This document shows positions 51,324 through 62,163 of a stretch of 64,000 bases of DNA, piece after piece. The translations under genes and the position numbers were made by a program. The stretch is from Chitinophagales bacterium (lineage in GTDB: Bacteria > Bacteroidota > Bacteroidia > Chitinophagales > CAIOSU01). The notes under the pieces were generated by a model that ran no database searches, was not told the origin of the DNA, and saw only the letters and a list, made by a program, of their open reading frames with translations. The stretch spans positions 10,351-74,350 of the forward strand of contig JAGYJT010000006.1 of NCBI GenBank assembly GCA_018401955.1, in the 5' to 3' direction. How positions within the stretch are numbered: the stretch's first letter is position 1; the number at the start of each line of letters is the position of its first letter.

Positions 51324-52022
51324 CTAATCTACCAATACACCAGCAACCAACGCAGGCACTTCATTGATGCTATTCAGTATGTGTGTGTGGGGGTGTGCCT
51401 CTAGTTCGGCACGGGTACATGCACCGCTCAACACGCCAATGTTAAAGCTGGTATTGCTGTTGTGCCCTTCGTTTAGGTCGGCAGGGGTATCGCCAACTTT
51501 GGCAACCGCCTTAGGGTCGGTAATACCGAATGCGGCCATGGCTTTTTGTATCATGTGGGCAGCTGGGCGGCCTTGTGGCACCTCGTCGCTGGCTACGCTA
51601 ATGTCAATTAAGCCATCACGTTCCCAACCAAGGCGCTCAATAATGGTATCTATAATATCACGGCTAAAACCGCTATCAATAGCCACTTTAATACCAGCAG
51701 CCTTTAGTGCACGAAAAACATCACTAGCGCCGTCAATTTCCTTCACTCGAGGGTCGTTTTTGTAAAAATTGATCGTTTCTGCTAAAAATACATCATGCAG
51801 CTCGTTTACATATTCATCGGTAATGGTGCTGTGGTCGGTCAATTTGCTTTCCAACACCAAACGGATAGCCAAAGGCTTTTGTAGTCCCATTACGGCATTA
51901 ATATCGTCGCGGGTTATGGGCAAGCCAGTGCTTTTAAGGGCAGCTTGAAAGCAAATATTTACATCATCATTGTCATGTACGGTAGTACCGGCCATGTCGA
52001 ACATTACCATTTGAATTTTCAT
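51324..52022 (-). CDS. phnX: Phosphonatase-like HAD hydrolase
   Basis: FDMAGT, GRP, KVGDTPAD; adjacent to phnW; real start MKIQ at 52022 with TATCTTTG box at 52051-52058. Confidence 0.82.
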   Translation of the reverse strand: MKIQMVMFDMAGTTVHDNDDVNICFQAALKSTGLPITRDDINAVMGLQKPLAIRLVLESKLTDHSTITDEYVNELHDVFLAETINFYKNDPRVKEIDGASDVFRALKAAGIKVAIDSGFSRDIIDTIIERLGWERDGLIDISVASDEVPQGRPAAHMIQKAMAAFGITDPKAVAKVGDTPADLNEGHNSNTSFNIGVLSGACTRAELEAHPHTHILNSINEVPALVAGVLVD

Positions 52023-52243
52023 GTTAGAGGAGGGTTTGTTTGTTGTACTGCAAAGATAAGTAGTCCATAGTCGATTGCCCATCCTTGAAGGGAAAAATAA
52101 TGAACACTTAATAGTAATTACCCACATGCCAAGTGATTTAACATTTTTTATTTCAAATTTCTCATTTAGGTAAAACCTAATTTTTGTTTTTTGAAGTCTT
52201 GTGTCTTGAGTCTTGTGTCTAAAAATGATTAATTTTGCACTCA

Positions 52244-54031
52244 ATGGAGCAATATGTGGTATCGGCGCGAAAGTATCGCCCGAGGAAGTTTGAAGAAGTA
52301 GTAGGGCAGGAGGGTGTAACCAACACGCTCAAGAATGCTATACGCAGTGGGCACTTGGCCCATGCGCTGCTATTCTGTGGTCCGCGTGGGGTGGGCAAAA
52401 CAACCTGTGCCCGTATTTTGGCACAGATGATTAACTCTAGCCAGGAAGTTGATAGTTTTGACCCGAAGAGCGAAAAAGCCCTCGACGAAAGCTTTAACGT
52501 ATATGAGCTGGATGCGGCCTCTAACAACTCCGTTGACGATATACGAGCCCTGGTAGACCAAGTGCGCATACCACCACAGGGTGCTAAATACAAAGTATAC
52601 ATCATCGATGAGGTGCACATGCTCTCTACGGCCGCTTTCAATGCGTTCCTTAAAACGCTTGAAGAGCCACCTGGTTATGCCATATTTATATTAGCTACTA
52701 CCGAGAAGCATAAGATTATACCGACCATCCTTTCCCGTTGTCAGATTTACGATTTCAATCGTATTACCATTGACGATACGGTAAACCACTTGGAAGGTAT
52801 TTGCCAAACCGAAGGCATCACTGCCGACCCCAATGCCTTGCACATCATCGCCCAAAAGGCTGATGGTGCTCTAAGAGATGCACTTTCGCTGTTTGATAGG
52901 TTGGTTGATTATGGTACCAAGCAACTTACTTACGAGAGTGTATTGGTAAACCTGAATATTCTCGACTACGATTACTATTTCCGCATAACCGACCAATTGC
53001 TTACGCAAGATTTCTCGGGCTTGATGCTGAGCTTTGATGAGATTGTGCGCAAAGGTTTTGAAGGCGATATGTTTATAGGTGGCTTGGCTGACCATTTCCG
53101 TAACCTAATGGTGGCCCGCGACCCAGAAACGATAAAAGTGCTAGAGGTTAGTGGAGACTTAAAAGACCGCTACCAGCAGCAGGCCGTGCTAATACCAATG
53201 GGCTTTTTGATTAATGCCCTTAACCTAGCGGCCCAATGCGAGGTGAGTTTTAAAACCAGCCGCAATAAACGGTTGCATGTAGAGTTGGCACTGATGAAAA
53301 TGTGCTACTTGCCAGCGGCCATGCAACTCGCCTCAAGCGGCGAGGCCACAAAAAAAAACTCTAGTAACGAACAGGTAGCAGCGCACCAAGCTGTACAAAA
53401 GCCTGCAAGTCAGCCACAAACAAATAGCCCCCCATCGTTGGCTAATAAGCCAGCGATTGATGAGGCTAGTAAACCCGCTACGCCAGCTGAGCAACCCGCA
53501 TCGCTAGAGCAGCAGGTTGCCCCAACCCCGGTAAAAAAGATGCCGGCCGCGGGTAGTGGCACAGGCAGTATGATGGGCGGTATTACCGGGTTTAGTTTAT
53601 CGGCTGCAAAGCCCACAAAGCCAGTAGTTGCTAAGCAAGATGAGGAAGAGGAAAATGTTCCGCTAGATGTAATTGATGAAGCCAAACTTGCAGAGGCTTG
53701 GAAGGCTTTTGCTGCTCAATCGCAAGATTTGATGCGCGGTTTGCTTGACCGCAGTATGTGCAAGTTGGATGAAGGAAAAGTAAAAGTGGTGGTTGGCACT
53801 ACCGTGGGTAGAGACTTGTTTGAGCCGGAGCGCACTGCTTTTCGAGAGTTTTTGCAAGCACAATTGGGATTGCAGCGTGTGGCTGTTGAGGTAGAGATAG
53901 ACAAGAGTTTGGCTGAATCAAATGCACCACGAAAAGCTTTCTCCAGCAAAGAAAAACTAATGCAAATGGCAGAAAAGAATCCTGCTATATTGAAATTAAA
54001 AGATAACTTAGACTTGAAATTCGACCTATAA
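52244..54031 (+). CDS. dnaX: DNA polymerase III subunit gamma/tau
   Basis: SARKYRP, GPRGVGKTT, ELDAASN, IIDEVHML, FNAFLKTLEEPP, SRC. Confidence 0.96.
   Translation: MEQYVVSARKYRPRKFEEVVGQEGVTNTLKNAIRSGHLAHALLFCGPRGVGKTTCARILAQMINSSQEVDSFDPKSEKALDESFNVYELDAASNNSVDDIRALVDQVRIPPQGAKYKVYIIDEVHMLSTAAFNAFLKTLEEPPGYAIFILATTEKHKIIPTILSRCQIYDFNRITIDDTVNHLEGICQTEGITADPNALHIIAQKADGALRDALSLFDRLVDYGTKQLTYESVLVNLNILDYDYYFRITDQLLTQDFSGLMLSFDEIVRKGFEGDMFIGGLADHFRNLMVARDPETIKVLEVSGDLKDRYQQQAVLIPMGFLINALNLAAQCEVSFKTSRNKRLHVELALMKMCYLPAAMQLASSGEATKKNSSNEQVAAHQAVQKPASQPQTNSPPSLANKPAIDEASKPATPAEQPASLEQQVAPTPVKKMPAAGSGTGSMMGGITGFSLSAAKPTKPVVAKQDEEEENVPLDVIDEAKLAEAWKAFAAQSQDLMRGLLDRSMCKLDEGKVKVVVGTTVGRDLFEPERTAFREFLQAQLGLQRVAVEVEIDKSLAESNAPRKAFSSKEKLMQMAEKNPAILKLKDNLDLKFDL
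53350..53358 (+). other. A9 run, probable recoding site in dnaX
   Basis: ACA AAA AAA AAC TCT AG: immediate TAG in -1 frame and nearby TAG in +1 frame, at the gamma/tau boundary. Confidence 0.65.
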
Positions 54032-54042
54032 TACTACCCTAT

Positions 54043-56976
54043 ATGAAACCCATTACATTCCGCTTTTTATTATTGCTGTTGTTGCCTGTCCTTTTTTCAG
54101 TTGGCTGCGGCGAGGAAAAGGAACCCGTATCCGAATCGAAATACCAGTACGAATCGGTACCCAACGACCCGCTGGATGCGCGCATCTATACCCTCGATAA
54201 TGGCTTGAAAGTTTACCTCACGGTAAACAAAAAAGAGCCTAGGGTACAAACCTTTATTGCGGTTCGTGCAGGTTCAAAGTCAGACCCTAAAGAAACTACC
54301 GGCTTAGCCCATTACTTGGAGCACATGGTGTTTAAAGGCACGCACAAAATAGGCACCATTAATTGGGAAGCCGAAAAAGTAGTGCTTGATCAAATTAGCG
54401 ACCTATACGAGCAGCACCGCCAAACTGCTGACCCAGAGCAGAAAAAAGCGCTTTATCATCAGATTGATAGCCTATCTCATGAGGCATCAAAGTTTGCGGT
54501 GCCCAATGAGTACGACAAAATGATATCTTCTTTGGGCGCCCAAGGCACCAATGCTTACACTTGGGTTGAGCAAACCGTGTATGTAAACGATGTGCCTAGC
54601 AATGAGTTGGAGAAATGGATGATGGTAGAATCTGAGCGGTTTCAAACCTTGGTATTGCGCTTGTTTCATACCGAGTTGGAGACCGTGTACGAAGAGTTTA
54701 ACCGTGGCGAAGATAGCGATACCCGCAAATCGTGGCAAGAAATGTATAAAGGGTTGTTTCCTAACCATCCATATGGCACGCAAACCACTATTGGCGAAGG
54801 CGAACACCTTAAAAACCCGAGCATGGTGAACATACATAACTACTTTGACAAGTATTATGTACCCAATAACATGGCTATCTGCCTTTCTGGCGACTTAGAC
54901 CCCGACAAAACTATCGCCATGATTGACCAATACTTTGGCAGCTGGCAAAAGAAAGACGTTGAGCCGTTCTCTTTTACCAAAGATGAACCATTGGCCGGCG
55001 TTTCAGAAATTAATGTAACGGGTGTGCAGCCTGAACATGTGCGTGTAGGTTACCGCTTGGCTGGAGCAGGCACCAAAGATGCCATGATGGGTAAATTGTT
55101 GGAACAGGTATTGAGTAATGGCCAAGCGGGCTTGATTGATTTGAATTTGAATCAAAAACAGACCGTATTGGGTGCCTCGGCAGGAATTGTGGAAATGGTT
55201 GATTATAGTGTGTTTATGCTATATGGTACCCCACGCGAAGGGCAAACTTTGCCGCAGGTAAAAGACTCATTAGTAGCCCAACTCGAGTTGGTTAAGCAAG
55301 GTAAGTTTGATGATTGGTTGATAGAGGCCTGCATAAAAAACTTGAAGCTTAACCGCATGAAGGAGTTGGAGAACAACCGTAATCGTGCGGATTATTTTGT
55401 TGATGCCTTTATACGCGAGGCTAACTGGAGCGACTATATTTTTGAATTGGACGAAATGGCCAAAATTACCAAGCAACAGCTTGTGGATTGGACCAATGCT
55501 AATTTTGACGACAATTACGTAGCCGTGTATAAAAACTTTGGTGAAGACCCTAATCGCCATAAAGTGGAGAAGCCGGTTATTACCCCAGTAGTAATGAACC
55601 GCGATACTGCTTCAGCCTTTTTTACGCACTTTGATTTGCTTGCGTCAGATAGGCTCGAGGCGCAGTTTTTAGACTATGATAAGCTGATTACCGAAACCAA
55701 ACTGGGTAACGGTGTTCCGGTAAGTTATATTGAGAATGATGTAAACGGGTTGTTTAGCCTGTACTACATTTTTGATATGGGCACCGATAACGATCAAAAA
55801 CTTGGCTTGGCCATTGAGTATTTGCCATACCTAGGTACTGAAGACTTTACGGCTGAAGAGTTGCAGAAAGAGTTCTTTAAACTTGGTTTGAGCTTTGATG
55901 TGTTTTCTAGTCGTGATAGGGTATATGTTACTTTGAGCGGTTTGGATGAGTCTTTTAATGACGGCGTAAAGTTGTTTGAGCATATTCTGTCGTCAGTTAA
56001 ACCCGATGATAAGGCCTTGGCCGACCAAATTGATGGTATATTAAAAGGGCGCTCTGATAGCAAAAAGAACAAGGGCGCTATATTATACGGCGGCATGAGC
56101 AATTATGCCAAATATGGCGCCACCTCGCCATTTACCCATAATTTAAGCACTACCGAACTGAAGAACCTAAAGGGTGAAGAGCTGGTTGCTAAGCTGCAAG
56201 GCCTATCAGGGTACAAACACCGCATGTTCTACTACGGTACACTTAAGCCTGCAGTAGTGGTTGAAACGTTGGATAAATACCATACCGTGCCGGCCACTTT
56301 GGCCGAGTACCCTAAGCCTGTAACGTTCCCAGAGTTGGATATCAATGAAAACAAGGTGTTTTTTGTGCATTATGATATGAAACAAACGGAACTTTACCTT
56401 ATTAGCAAAGGGCCTACTTTTGATAAGGGTTTAGTACCTTACGCCAATCTTTTCAACGAGTATTTTGGCTCTGGCTTGTCTTCAATTGTTTTTCAAGAAA
56501 TACGTGAGGCCAAGGCCTTGGCATATTCAGCATACTCATACGTAAGTGTACCACGCTTGAATACGGAGTCGCATTATATTGCGGCGTATATAGGTACCCA
56601 AGCTGACAAACTGGGCGATGCTACGGATGCCATGATTACGCTAATGAACGACATGCCTCAAGTTGAGGCACAGTTTAAAGGGGCGAAAGATGCAGCCCTA
56701 AAAAAGATTGAAAGCAACCGTACCACTGGGGCATCAATTTATTGGAGTAGGGAGAGTGCGCGTAACCGTGGCTTGGATTATGACTTGAACAAAGAAGTAT
56801 ATAGTGCAATAGGAAGTATGGATGTTGCGACACTGAAAAACTTTTTTGATGCCAATATCAAGGGGAAAAATTATACTTTCTTAGTTTTGGGGAATAGAAA
56901 GGATGTTGACTTTAACGTGCTTAAGAAATTGGGCCCGGTAAAGGAGCTGAAATTAGAAGAGATATTTCGATACTAA
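54043..56976 (+). CDS. M16 (insulinase) zinc peptidase, lipoprotein
   Basis: Lipobox SVG-C, GLAHYLEH (HxxEH), TNAYT, FQEIREAKALAYS. Confidence 0.93.
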   Translation: MKPITFRFLLLLLLPVLFSVGCGEEKEPVSESKYQYESVPNDPLDARIYTLDNGLKVYLTVNKKEPRVQTFIAVRAGSKSDPKETTGLAHYLEHMVFKGTHKIGTINWEAEKVVLDQISDLYEQHRQTADPEQKKALYHQIDSLSHEASKFAVPNEYDKMISSLGAQGTNAYTWVEQTVYVNDVPSNELEKWMMVESERFQTLVLRLFHTELETVYEEFNRGEDSDTRKSWQEMYKGLFPNHPYGTQTTIGEGEHLKNPSMVNIHNYFDKYYVPNNMAICLSGDLDPDKTIAMIDQYFGSWQKKDVEPFSFTKDEPLAGVSEINVTGVQPEHVRVGYRLAGAGTKDAMMGKLLEQVLSNGQAGLIDLNLNQKQTVLGASAGIVEMVDYSVFMLYGTPREGQTLPQVKDSLVAQLELVKQGKFDDWLIEACIKNLKLNRMKELENNRNRADYFVDAFIREANWSDYIFELDEMAKITKQQLVDWTNANFDDNYVAVYKNFGEDPNRHKVEKPVITPVVMNRDTASAFFTHFDLLASDRLEAQFLDYDKLITETKLGNGVPVSYIENDVNGLFSLYYIFDMGTDNDQKLGLAIEYLPYLGTEDFTAEELQKEFFKLGLSFDVFSSRDRVYVTLSGLDESFNDGVKLFEHILSSVKPDDKALADQIDGILKGRSDSKKNKGAILYGGMSNYAKYGATSPFTHNLSTTELKNLKGEELVAKLQGLSGYKHRMFYYGTLKPAVVVETLDKYHTVPATLAEYPKPVTFPELDINENKVFFVHYDMKQTELYLISKGPTFDKGLVPYANLFNEYFGSGLSSIVFQEIREAKALAYSAYSYVSVPRLNTESHYIAAYIGTQADKLGDATDAMITLMNDMPQVEAQFKGAKDAALKKIESNRTTGASIYWSRESARNRGLDYDLNKEVYSAIGSMDVATLKNFFDANIKGKNYTFLVLGNRKDVDFNVLKKLGPVKELKLEEIFRY

Positions 56977-57115
56977 ACAATTTACGACGTACGATTTACG
57001 AATTACGATTGTGGTTTGGAATATGTGCCAAATGTATTTTGTGATTTTTTAAATAATTCAATCGTACCTCGTACGTCGTAAATCGTACTTGATACTAGAT
57101 ACTAAAAACTAGACT

Positions 57116-58399
57116 ATGGCTGAAGTGATAAGGATGCCGCGGATGAGCGACACGATGGAAGAAGGGGTGATAGTGGCTTGGCACAAAAAGGTTGGCGACA
57201 ATGTAAAGTCTGGCGACCTACTGGCCGAGGTAGAAACCGATAAAGCGACCATGGAGCTGGAAAGCTACCAAGAGGGGGTGCTATTGTATATCGGCGTTGA
57301 AGAGGGTGCCGCGGTTCAGGTAAATGGTATTTTAGCCATCGTTGGTAAAAAAGGCGAAGACTATAAGCCACTACTTGCTGAAGAGAAAGAGCAGGACAAG
57401 GAAGAAGCCTCTGCTGACAAGGAAGAAGCAAAACAGGAAGATACCAAGGAAGAGGCCAAGCCGGAACCTAAGCAGGCAGAAACCAAGCCTGAACCTAAAG
57501 AACCGGAAACATCATCAGCAGATGATAGCCGACTGAAGATTTCTCCGTTGGCACGCAAAATGGCCGAGGATAAGGGTATTGATGTAAATGACTTGAAAGG
57601 TACTGGCGATGATGGCCGCATTGTAAAGCGTGATGTGGAGCAATACCAGCCAGCCGCCAAGAAAGCCGAAAGTGCCCCACAACAAGTGGTGCAATTGCCT
57701 AAGGTGGTAGGAGAGGAGAGCTATGAGGAGGTGAACGTTTCGCAGATGCGCAAAACGATTGCCAAGCGCCTAGGCGAAAGCAAATTCAGCGCGCCGCATT
57801 TTTACCTTACTATGGAGATAAACATGGATAAGGCCACTGCTGCCCGCGAAGGCTTGAATGCTTTCTCGCCAGTGAAAATTTCGTTCAATGATTTGGTGCT
57901 GAAAGCTGCTGCTGCTGCATTGCGCCGTCACCCTAAAGTAAACAGCTCATGGTTGGGCGATAAAATACGCTACAACCACCACATCCATATTGGGGTGGCC
58001 GTAGCCGTTGAAGAGGGTTTGCTAGTGCCTGTTATCCGCTTTGCCGATAACAAGGGCCTATCGCACATTGCTGCTGAAGTAAGGGAACTTGCTGGCAAAG
58101 CCAAAGACAAAAAGCTACAGCCTGCCGAAATGCAGGGCAATACCTTTACCATCTCCAACTTGGGTATGTTTGGTATTGATGAGTTTACTGCTATCATTAA
58201 TCCACCAGATGCTTCTATACTAGCCGTTGGCGGTATTAATAAGCGCTTGGTAATGGACGATGATGGTGAGCTGCGCAATGAGCTGATTATGAAAGTAACC
58301 CTATCATGCGACCACCGTGTGGTTGATGGTGCCATGGGTGCTAGATTCTTGCAAACCTTTAAAGAGTTGCTGGAAGACCCAGTGAGGATGTTGGTTTAG
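57116..58399 (+). CDS. pdhC: Pyruvate dehydrogenase E2 dihydrolipoamide acetyltransferase
   Basis: Lipoyl VETDKA, SPLARK, GTGDDGRI, FTAIINPP, SCDHRVVDG. Confidence 0.94.
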   Translation: MAEVIRMPRMSDTMEEGVIVAWHKKVGDNVKSGDLLAEVETDKATMELESYQEGVLLYIGVEEGAAVQVNGILAIVGKKGEDYKPLLAEEKEQDKEEASADKEEAKQEDTKEEAKPEPKQAETKPEPKEPETSSADDSRLKISPLARKMAEDKGIDVNDLKGTGDDGRIVKRDVEQYQPAAKKAESAPQQVVQLPKVVGEESYEEVNVSQMRKTIAKRLGESKFSAPHFYLTMEINMDKATAAREGLNAFSPVKISFNDLVLKAAAAALRRHPKVNSSWLGDKIRYNHHIHIGVAVAVEEGLLVPVIRFADNKGLSHIAAEVRELAGKAKDKKLQPAEMQGNTFTISNLGMFGIDEFTAIINPPDASILAVGGINKRLVMDDDGELRNELIMKVTLSCDHRVVDGAMGARFLQTFKELLEDPVRMLV

Positions 58400-58447
58400 T
58401 CGATGGTCGATGGTCCATGGTCGATAGGCCATGGAAAAATTATACTT

Positions 58448-58485
58448 AAAAGCGAAGCCGAGCACCTTGCTCGGCTTCGCTTTTT
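58448..58485. terminator. Bidirectional intrinsic terminator
   Basis: AAAAGCGAAGCCGAGCA / TGCTCGGCTTCGCTTTTT. Confidence 0.88.
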
Positions 58486-58533
58486 ATGTTATTTATACAT
58501 TGTACTTTGTACCTCGTACATCGTACATGCAAA

Positions 58534-59772
58534 TTATCCTTTCACCAACTCCATCACCGTAATCTCGGGTAGTATACCAATGCGGCCCGGAAAACCAAGA
58601 TAGCCTAAGCCACGGTTAACATAAATGTATTGGGTGCCTTTTTGGTACAGGCCAGCCCATTGCTTATAAATATACTGGGCAGGGCTCCAACGGAGTTTAC
58701 CCAACTCAATGCCAAACTGCGCACCATGCGTATGGCCAGCAAATGTGATATCTATATCCTCGTAGTCGCGTATTTTCGCATCCCAATATGTTGGGTCGTG
58801 CGATAGTAGCAATTTCACAGGTGCCTCGCAGCCTTTATAAGCTACATCCAAATCTCCATAAGTATGGAAACTCTTGGTGCCACTGCAATTCTGCACACCA
58901 ATAATGGCTATTCGCTGGCCATCTTTCTCTAAGTAAGTATGTTCGTCCCACAGCAGTTTCCAGCCCATATCAGTATGGGCTGTTTTAAGCCGTTCAATGT
59001 TATCTTGCTTCTCTTTTTGCGAATTCCAAGGTACATAATCTCCATAGTCATGGTTTCCGAAAACGGAGTATTTACCCAACTTGGCATTCATTTGGCTAAA
59101 CATTGCAACGTATGGTTCAACCTCCTCAGCAATATTATTTACCAGGTCGCCGGTAAAGAAAATCAGGTCTGGCTTTTCAGCATTGATCATTGCAATTGCC
59201 TTTTTCAATGGGTCACCCGAAGGAAAACTGCCTGCATGGATGTCAGAAAGCTGAACAATCTTCAACCCATTAAAAGCATCAGGCAAGTTTGGTAGGGTAA
59301 TTTTTACCCGGTGTATGGTATAGTCATGTGCGCCTTTTAGTATACCCCAAAGCCCAGCAATAAGCGGCGCAGTGGCTACCACCAAACCGGTTTGGCTTAA
59401 AAACTTTGCCCGGCTAAGGTTGGTTGGGCCGCCATCAGACGGCGGAAACACCAATGAATATATCCACCTGAAAAAACGTTGTACATCATCAATCAACAGA
59501 AAAACGATGATAAACATCTTGCCGAGCATAGCCAGCGCAATAACACTGAAAACTATGGCCCTTAATGTATGCGGCCACTCTCTTACAGAAAATGCGAAGT
59601 TTGATAAAATGGTGGCGATGGTAATAAACGTAAAGCTCCAATAAATAATATAACTGATGCGCTTAACGTTTTCTGAGCTATCGCGAAGAGAGGTTTTTAC
59701 CGCTTGAAAGGCATAAACATCAGCTGCCAATAGTAACAGGGTAATGATTAGGAACAATAACTCTCTTCTCAT
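58534..59772 (-). CDS. Membrane-anchored calcineurin-like metallophosphoesterase
   Basis: SDIH, FTGDLVN, GNHD, LSHDP, GHTHG. Confidence 0.92.
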   Translation of the reverse strand: MRRELLFLIITLLLLAADVYAFQAVKTSLRDSSENVKRISYIIYWSFTFITIATILSNFAFSVREWPHTLRAIVFSVIALAMLGKMFIIVFLLIDDVQRFFRWIYSLVFPPSDGGPTNLSRAKFLSQTGLVVATAPLIAGLWGILKGAHDYTIHRVKITLPNLPDAFNGLKIVQLSDIHAGSFPSGDPLKKAIAMINAEKPDLIFFTGDLVNNIAEEVEPYVAMFSQMNAKLGKYSVFGNHDYGDYVPWNSQKEKQDNIERLKTAHTDMGWKLLWDEHTYLEKDGQRIAIIGVQNCSGTKSFHTYGDLDVAYKGCEAPVKLLLSHDPTYWDAKIRDYEDIDITFAGHTHGAQFGIELGKLRWSPAQYIYKQWAGLYQKGTQYIYVNRGLGYLGFPGRIGILPEITVMELVKG

Positions 59773-59883
59773 GGTCGAATAACCCTATCTAGTATAAAAA
59801 TGTTCGGCTTGGTGTAAAACTATCGTATTTTTGTTGTTGCTAGTTTAAAAAAGGACAAACCCGAATACAAACCAGACGAACGG

Positions 59884-61527
59884 ATGAGAAAAATATTGTT
59901 GAGCTTGATATTTATGGCAGTTGCCATTTTGGGTTTCGGCCAGTCTTTTACCAAAGGCGATACCTTAAGAGGAATGCTTACGCCCTTGCGTACTTGTTAC
60001 GATGTGGTATATTACGACCTGGATGTAAAGGTGGATATTGAGAATAAGCGCCTTTCTGGTTCCACCTTGTTCAAGTTTAAGGCTACGCAAAACTTCACCA
60101 AGCTACAGTTTGATTTGTTTGATAACATGCAGATTGATTCGGTAGTATACAATGGGGCCAAGCTGCCATTTAAACGCGAGTACAACGCCGTGTTTATTGA
60201 GTTTGAAACGCCCATCAATCGTGATGCTATTGATAGTTTCAAGGTGTTTTATCAAGGTACACCTATTGCCGCCAAAATGCCGCCCTGGGACGGTGGCCTG
60301 GTATGGCGCGAAGATAAAAACGGCGACCCGTTTGTGGGCGTGGCGTGCGAAGGTATAGGCGCTAGCCTGTGGTGGCCTAATAAAGACCACTTGAGCGATG
60401 AGCCGGATAGTATGATGATTCGCATAACCGTGCCCAAAGGGTTAATAAATGTATCAAACGGCCGGTTGCGCCAAACAGTAGAACTGGATTCGGCATGGAC
60501 GCGTTTTGATTGGTTTGTGGCTAACCCCATCAACAATTATAATGTTACCATCAACATTGCCAAATATGCGCATTTTCACGATATCCATATTAACGAAGAG
60601 GGGGATACTTTGGATTTGGATTATTACGTGCTGCCCTACAACTTAAGCAAGGCTAAGCAACATTTTGAGCAGGTAAAACCTATGATGAAATGCTTCGAGC
60701 AATACATGGGCAACTATCCTTTTTATGAGGATGGCTACAAACTGATTGAAACACCATATTTGGGCATGGAACATCAAAGTGCCATTGCTTATGGAAACAA
60801 CTACCGCACTGGCTACAATGGTACCGACTATTCTCGTATTGGGTTGACGTTTGACTATATCATCATACACGAAACGGGGCACGAGTGGTGGGGCAACAAC
60901 GTGAGCATGAAAGACATTGCCGATATGTGGATTCATGAGGGTTTTTGCACTTACTCAGAGGCCATTTACGTGGAGTGTATGTTTGGTTACGATACGGCTA
61001 TAGCCTACGTTAATGCCAAAAAGCCAGGCATTGATAACGAGGAGCCTATTATTGGCACTTACAACGTAAATAGTGAAGGTGCTGGCGATATGTACAACAA
61101 GGGTATGTTATTGCTCAATACCTTACGACACGTGGTGAACAATGATGAGCTATGGTGGGATATCATCCGTGGCATACAAAAGGATTTTGGTAAAACCACC
61201 ACTACCACCGAGGAAATTGTGGCCTATATTAGCCGCCAAACTAACCAAGACCTTACGTACTTCTTCGACCAGTACTTGCGCTACCCAAATATACCGGAGT
61301 TTGAGTACCAGATTACCAAAAAGAAGAAACAACTAACCTTGCGCTTCCGCTGGGTGGCCGATGTTAAGGACTTCCGTATGCCGATAAAGGTATTGGTTGC
61401 GCCGGGTAACTATGAATTTATTTACCCAACCACCGAGTGGCAAAACACGATACTTGACCTAAAAAAGCCTACCGACTTTAACGTGGCCGAGGATTTGTTT
61501 TATGTAAATGTGGTGGAGGTGCAGTAA
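59884..61527 (+). CDS. M1 family aminopeptidase
   Basis: GMEHQ, HETGHEWWGN, WIHEG, YNKG; signal peptide; TATTTTTG box at 59826-59833. Confidence 0.93.
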   Translation: MRKILLSLIFMAVAILGFGQSFTKGDTLRGMLTPLRTCYDVVYYDLDVKVDIENKRLSGSTLFKFKATQNFTKLQFDLFDNMQIDSVVYNGAKLPFKREYNAVFIEFETPINRDAIDSFKVFYQGTPIAAKMPPWDGGLVWREDKNGDPFVGVACEGIGASLWWPNKDHLSDEPDSMMIRITVPKGLINVSNGRLRQTVELDSAWTRFDWFVANPINNYNVTINIAKYAHFHDIHINEEGDTLDLDYYVLPYNLSKAKQHFEQVKPMMKCFEQYMGNYPFYEDGYKLIETPYLGMEHQSAIAYGNNYRTGYNGTDYSRIGLTFDYIIIHETGHEWWGNNVSMKDIADMWIHEGFCTYSEAIYVECMFGYDTAIAYVNAKKPGIDNEEPIIGTYNVNSEGAGDMYNKGMLLLNTLRHVVNNDELWWDIIRGIQKDFGKTTTTTEEIVAYISRQTNQDLTYFFDQYLRYPNIPEFEYQITKKKKQLTLRFRWVADVKDFRMPIKVLVAPGNYEFIYPTTEWQNTILDLKKPTDFNVAEDLFYVNVVEVQ

Positions 61528-61566
61528 GGTTGTTACCCAAAATGGTTGTATTACCAAAATACGGTC

Positions 61567-62007
61567 ATGAAACCCTTATTTACTGCCATTCTTCTCAATT
61601 GGTTCTTTGTGTCTTTTGCCCAATTGGGTGGTGATATACTTTCACCAGCCCCAAGTGCCTATGACACCATCAGTGTTTCTAGTGCCGATGATGAAGTTTA
61701 TAAAGTAGTTGAGCAAATGCCTGTTTTTCCGGGAGGGTTAGCTGGTTTAACGCAATACTTTTTAGATGTTCCGTACCCCAAAAGTGTACTGGATGAGCAG
61801 ATACATGCCACCGTTTATCTTGAATTTGTAATAGATAAAAGTGGGAATATTACGCAACCTAGAGTAGCAAGAAGTTCTGGTAACCAAATACTAGATGATG
61901 CCGCATTAGCGTATTTGAGATACATGCCCAAATGGCAACCCGGCAGGCAACGAGGGAAAGCGGTGTTAGTACAAATGGTTGTTCCTGTTAGGTTTAATCT
62001 TAACTAA
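61567..62007 (+). CDS. Short TonB C-terminal domain protein
   Basis: VEQMPVFPGG, FVIDKSG, LDDAA, MPKWQPG, PVRF; ATG at 61567 gives a signal peptide. Confidence 0.85.
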   Translation: MKPLFTAILLNWFFVSFAQLGGDILSPAPSAYDTISVSSADDEVYKVVEQMPVFPGGLAGLTQYFLDVPYPKSVLDEQIHATVYLEFVIDKSGNITQPRVARSSGNQILDDAALAYLRYMPKWQPGRQRGKAVLVQMVVPVRFNLN

Positions 62008-62163
62008 CCGCACCATGTCATGTGGAATTACTTCCCCAACTAGTGGTACCGAAAAATGCTAGTTTAATTTTATTCATCACCCAAACCCATACTAATTAAC
62101 CAATAACCAATCAACTAATACACTACCACACTCGCTGGCACAGTTTTTACATAGTAGTATGTT

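Noticed and set aside
52023-52244. 74-aa N-terminal extension of the phosphatase ORF
   Set aside because: It runs through the promoter and heptamer repeats; the HAD motif begins just after the Met at 52022.
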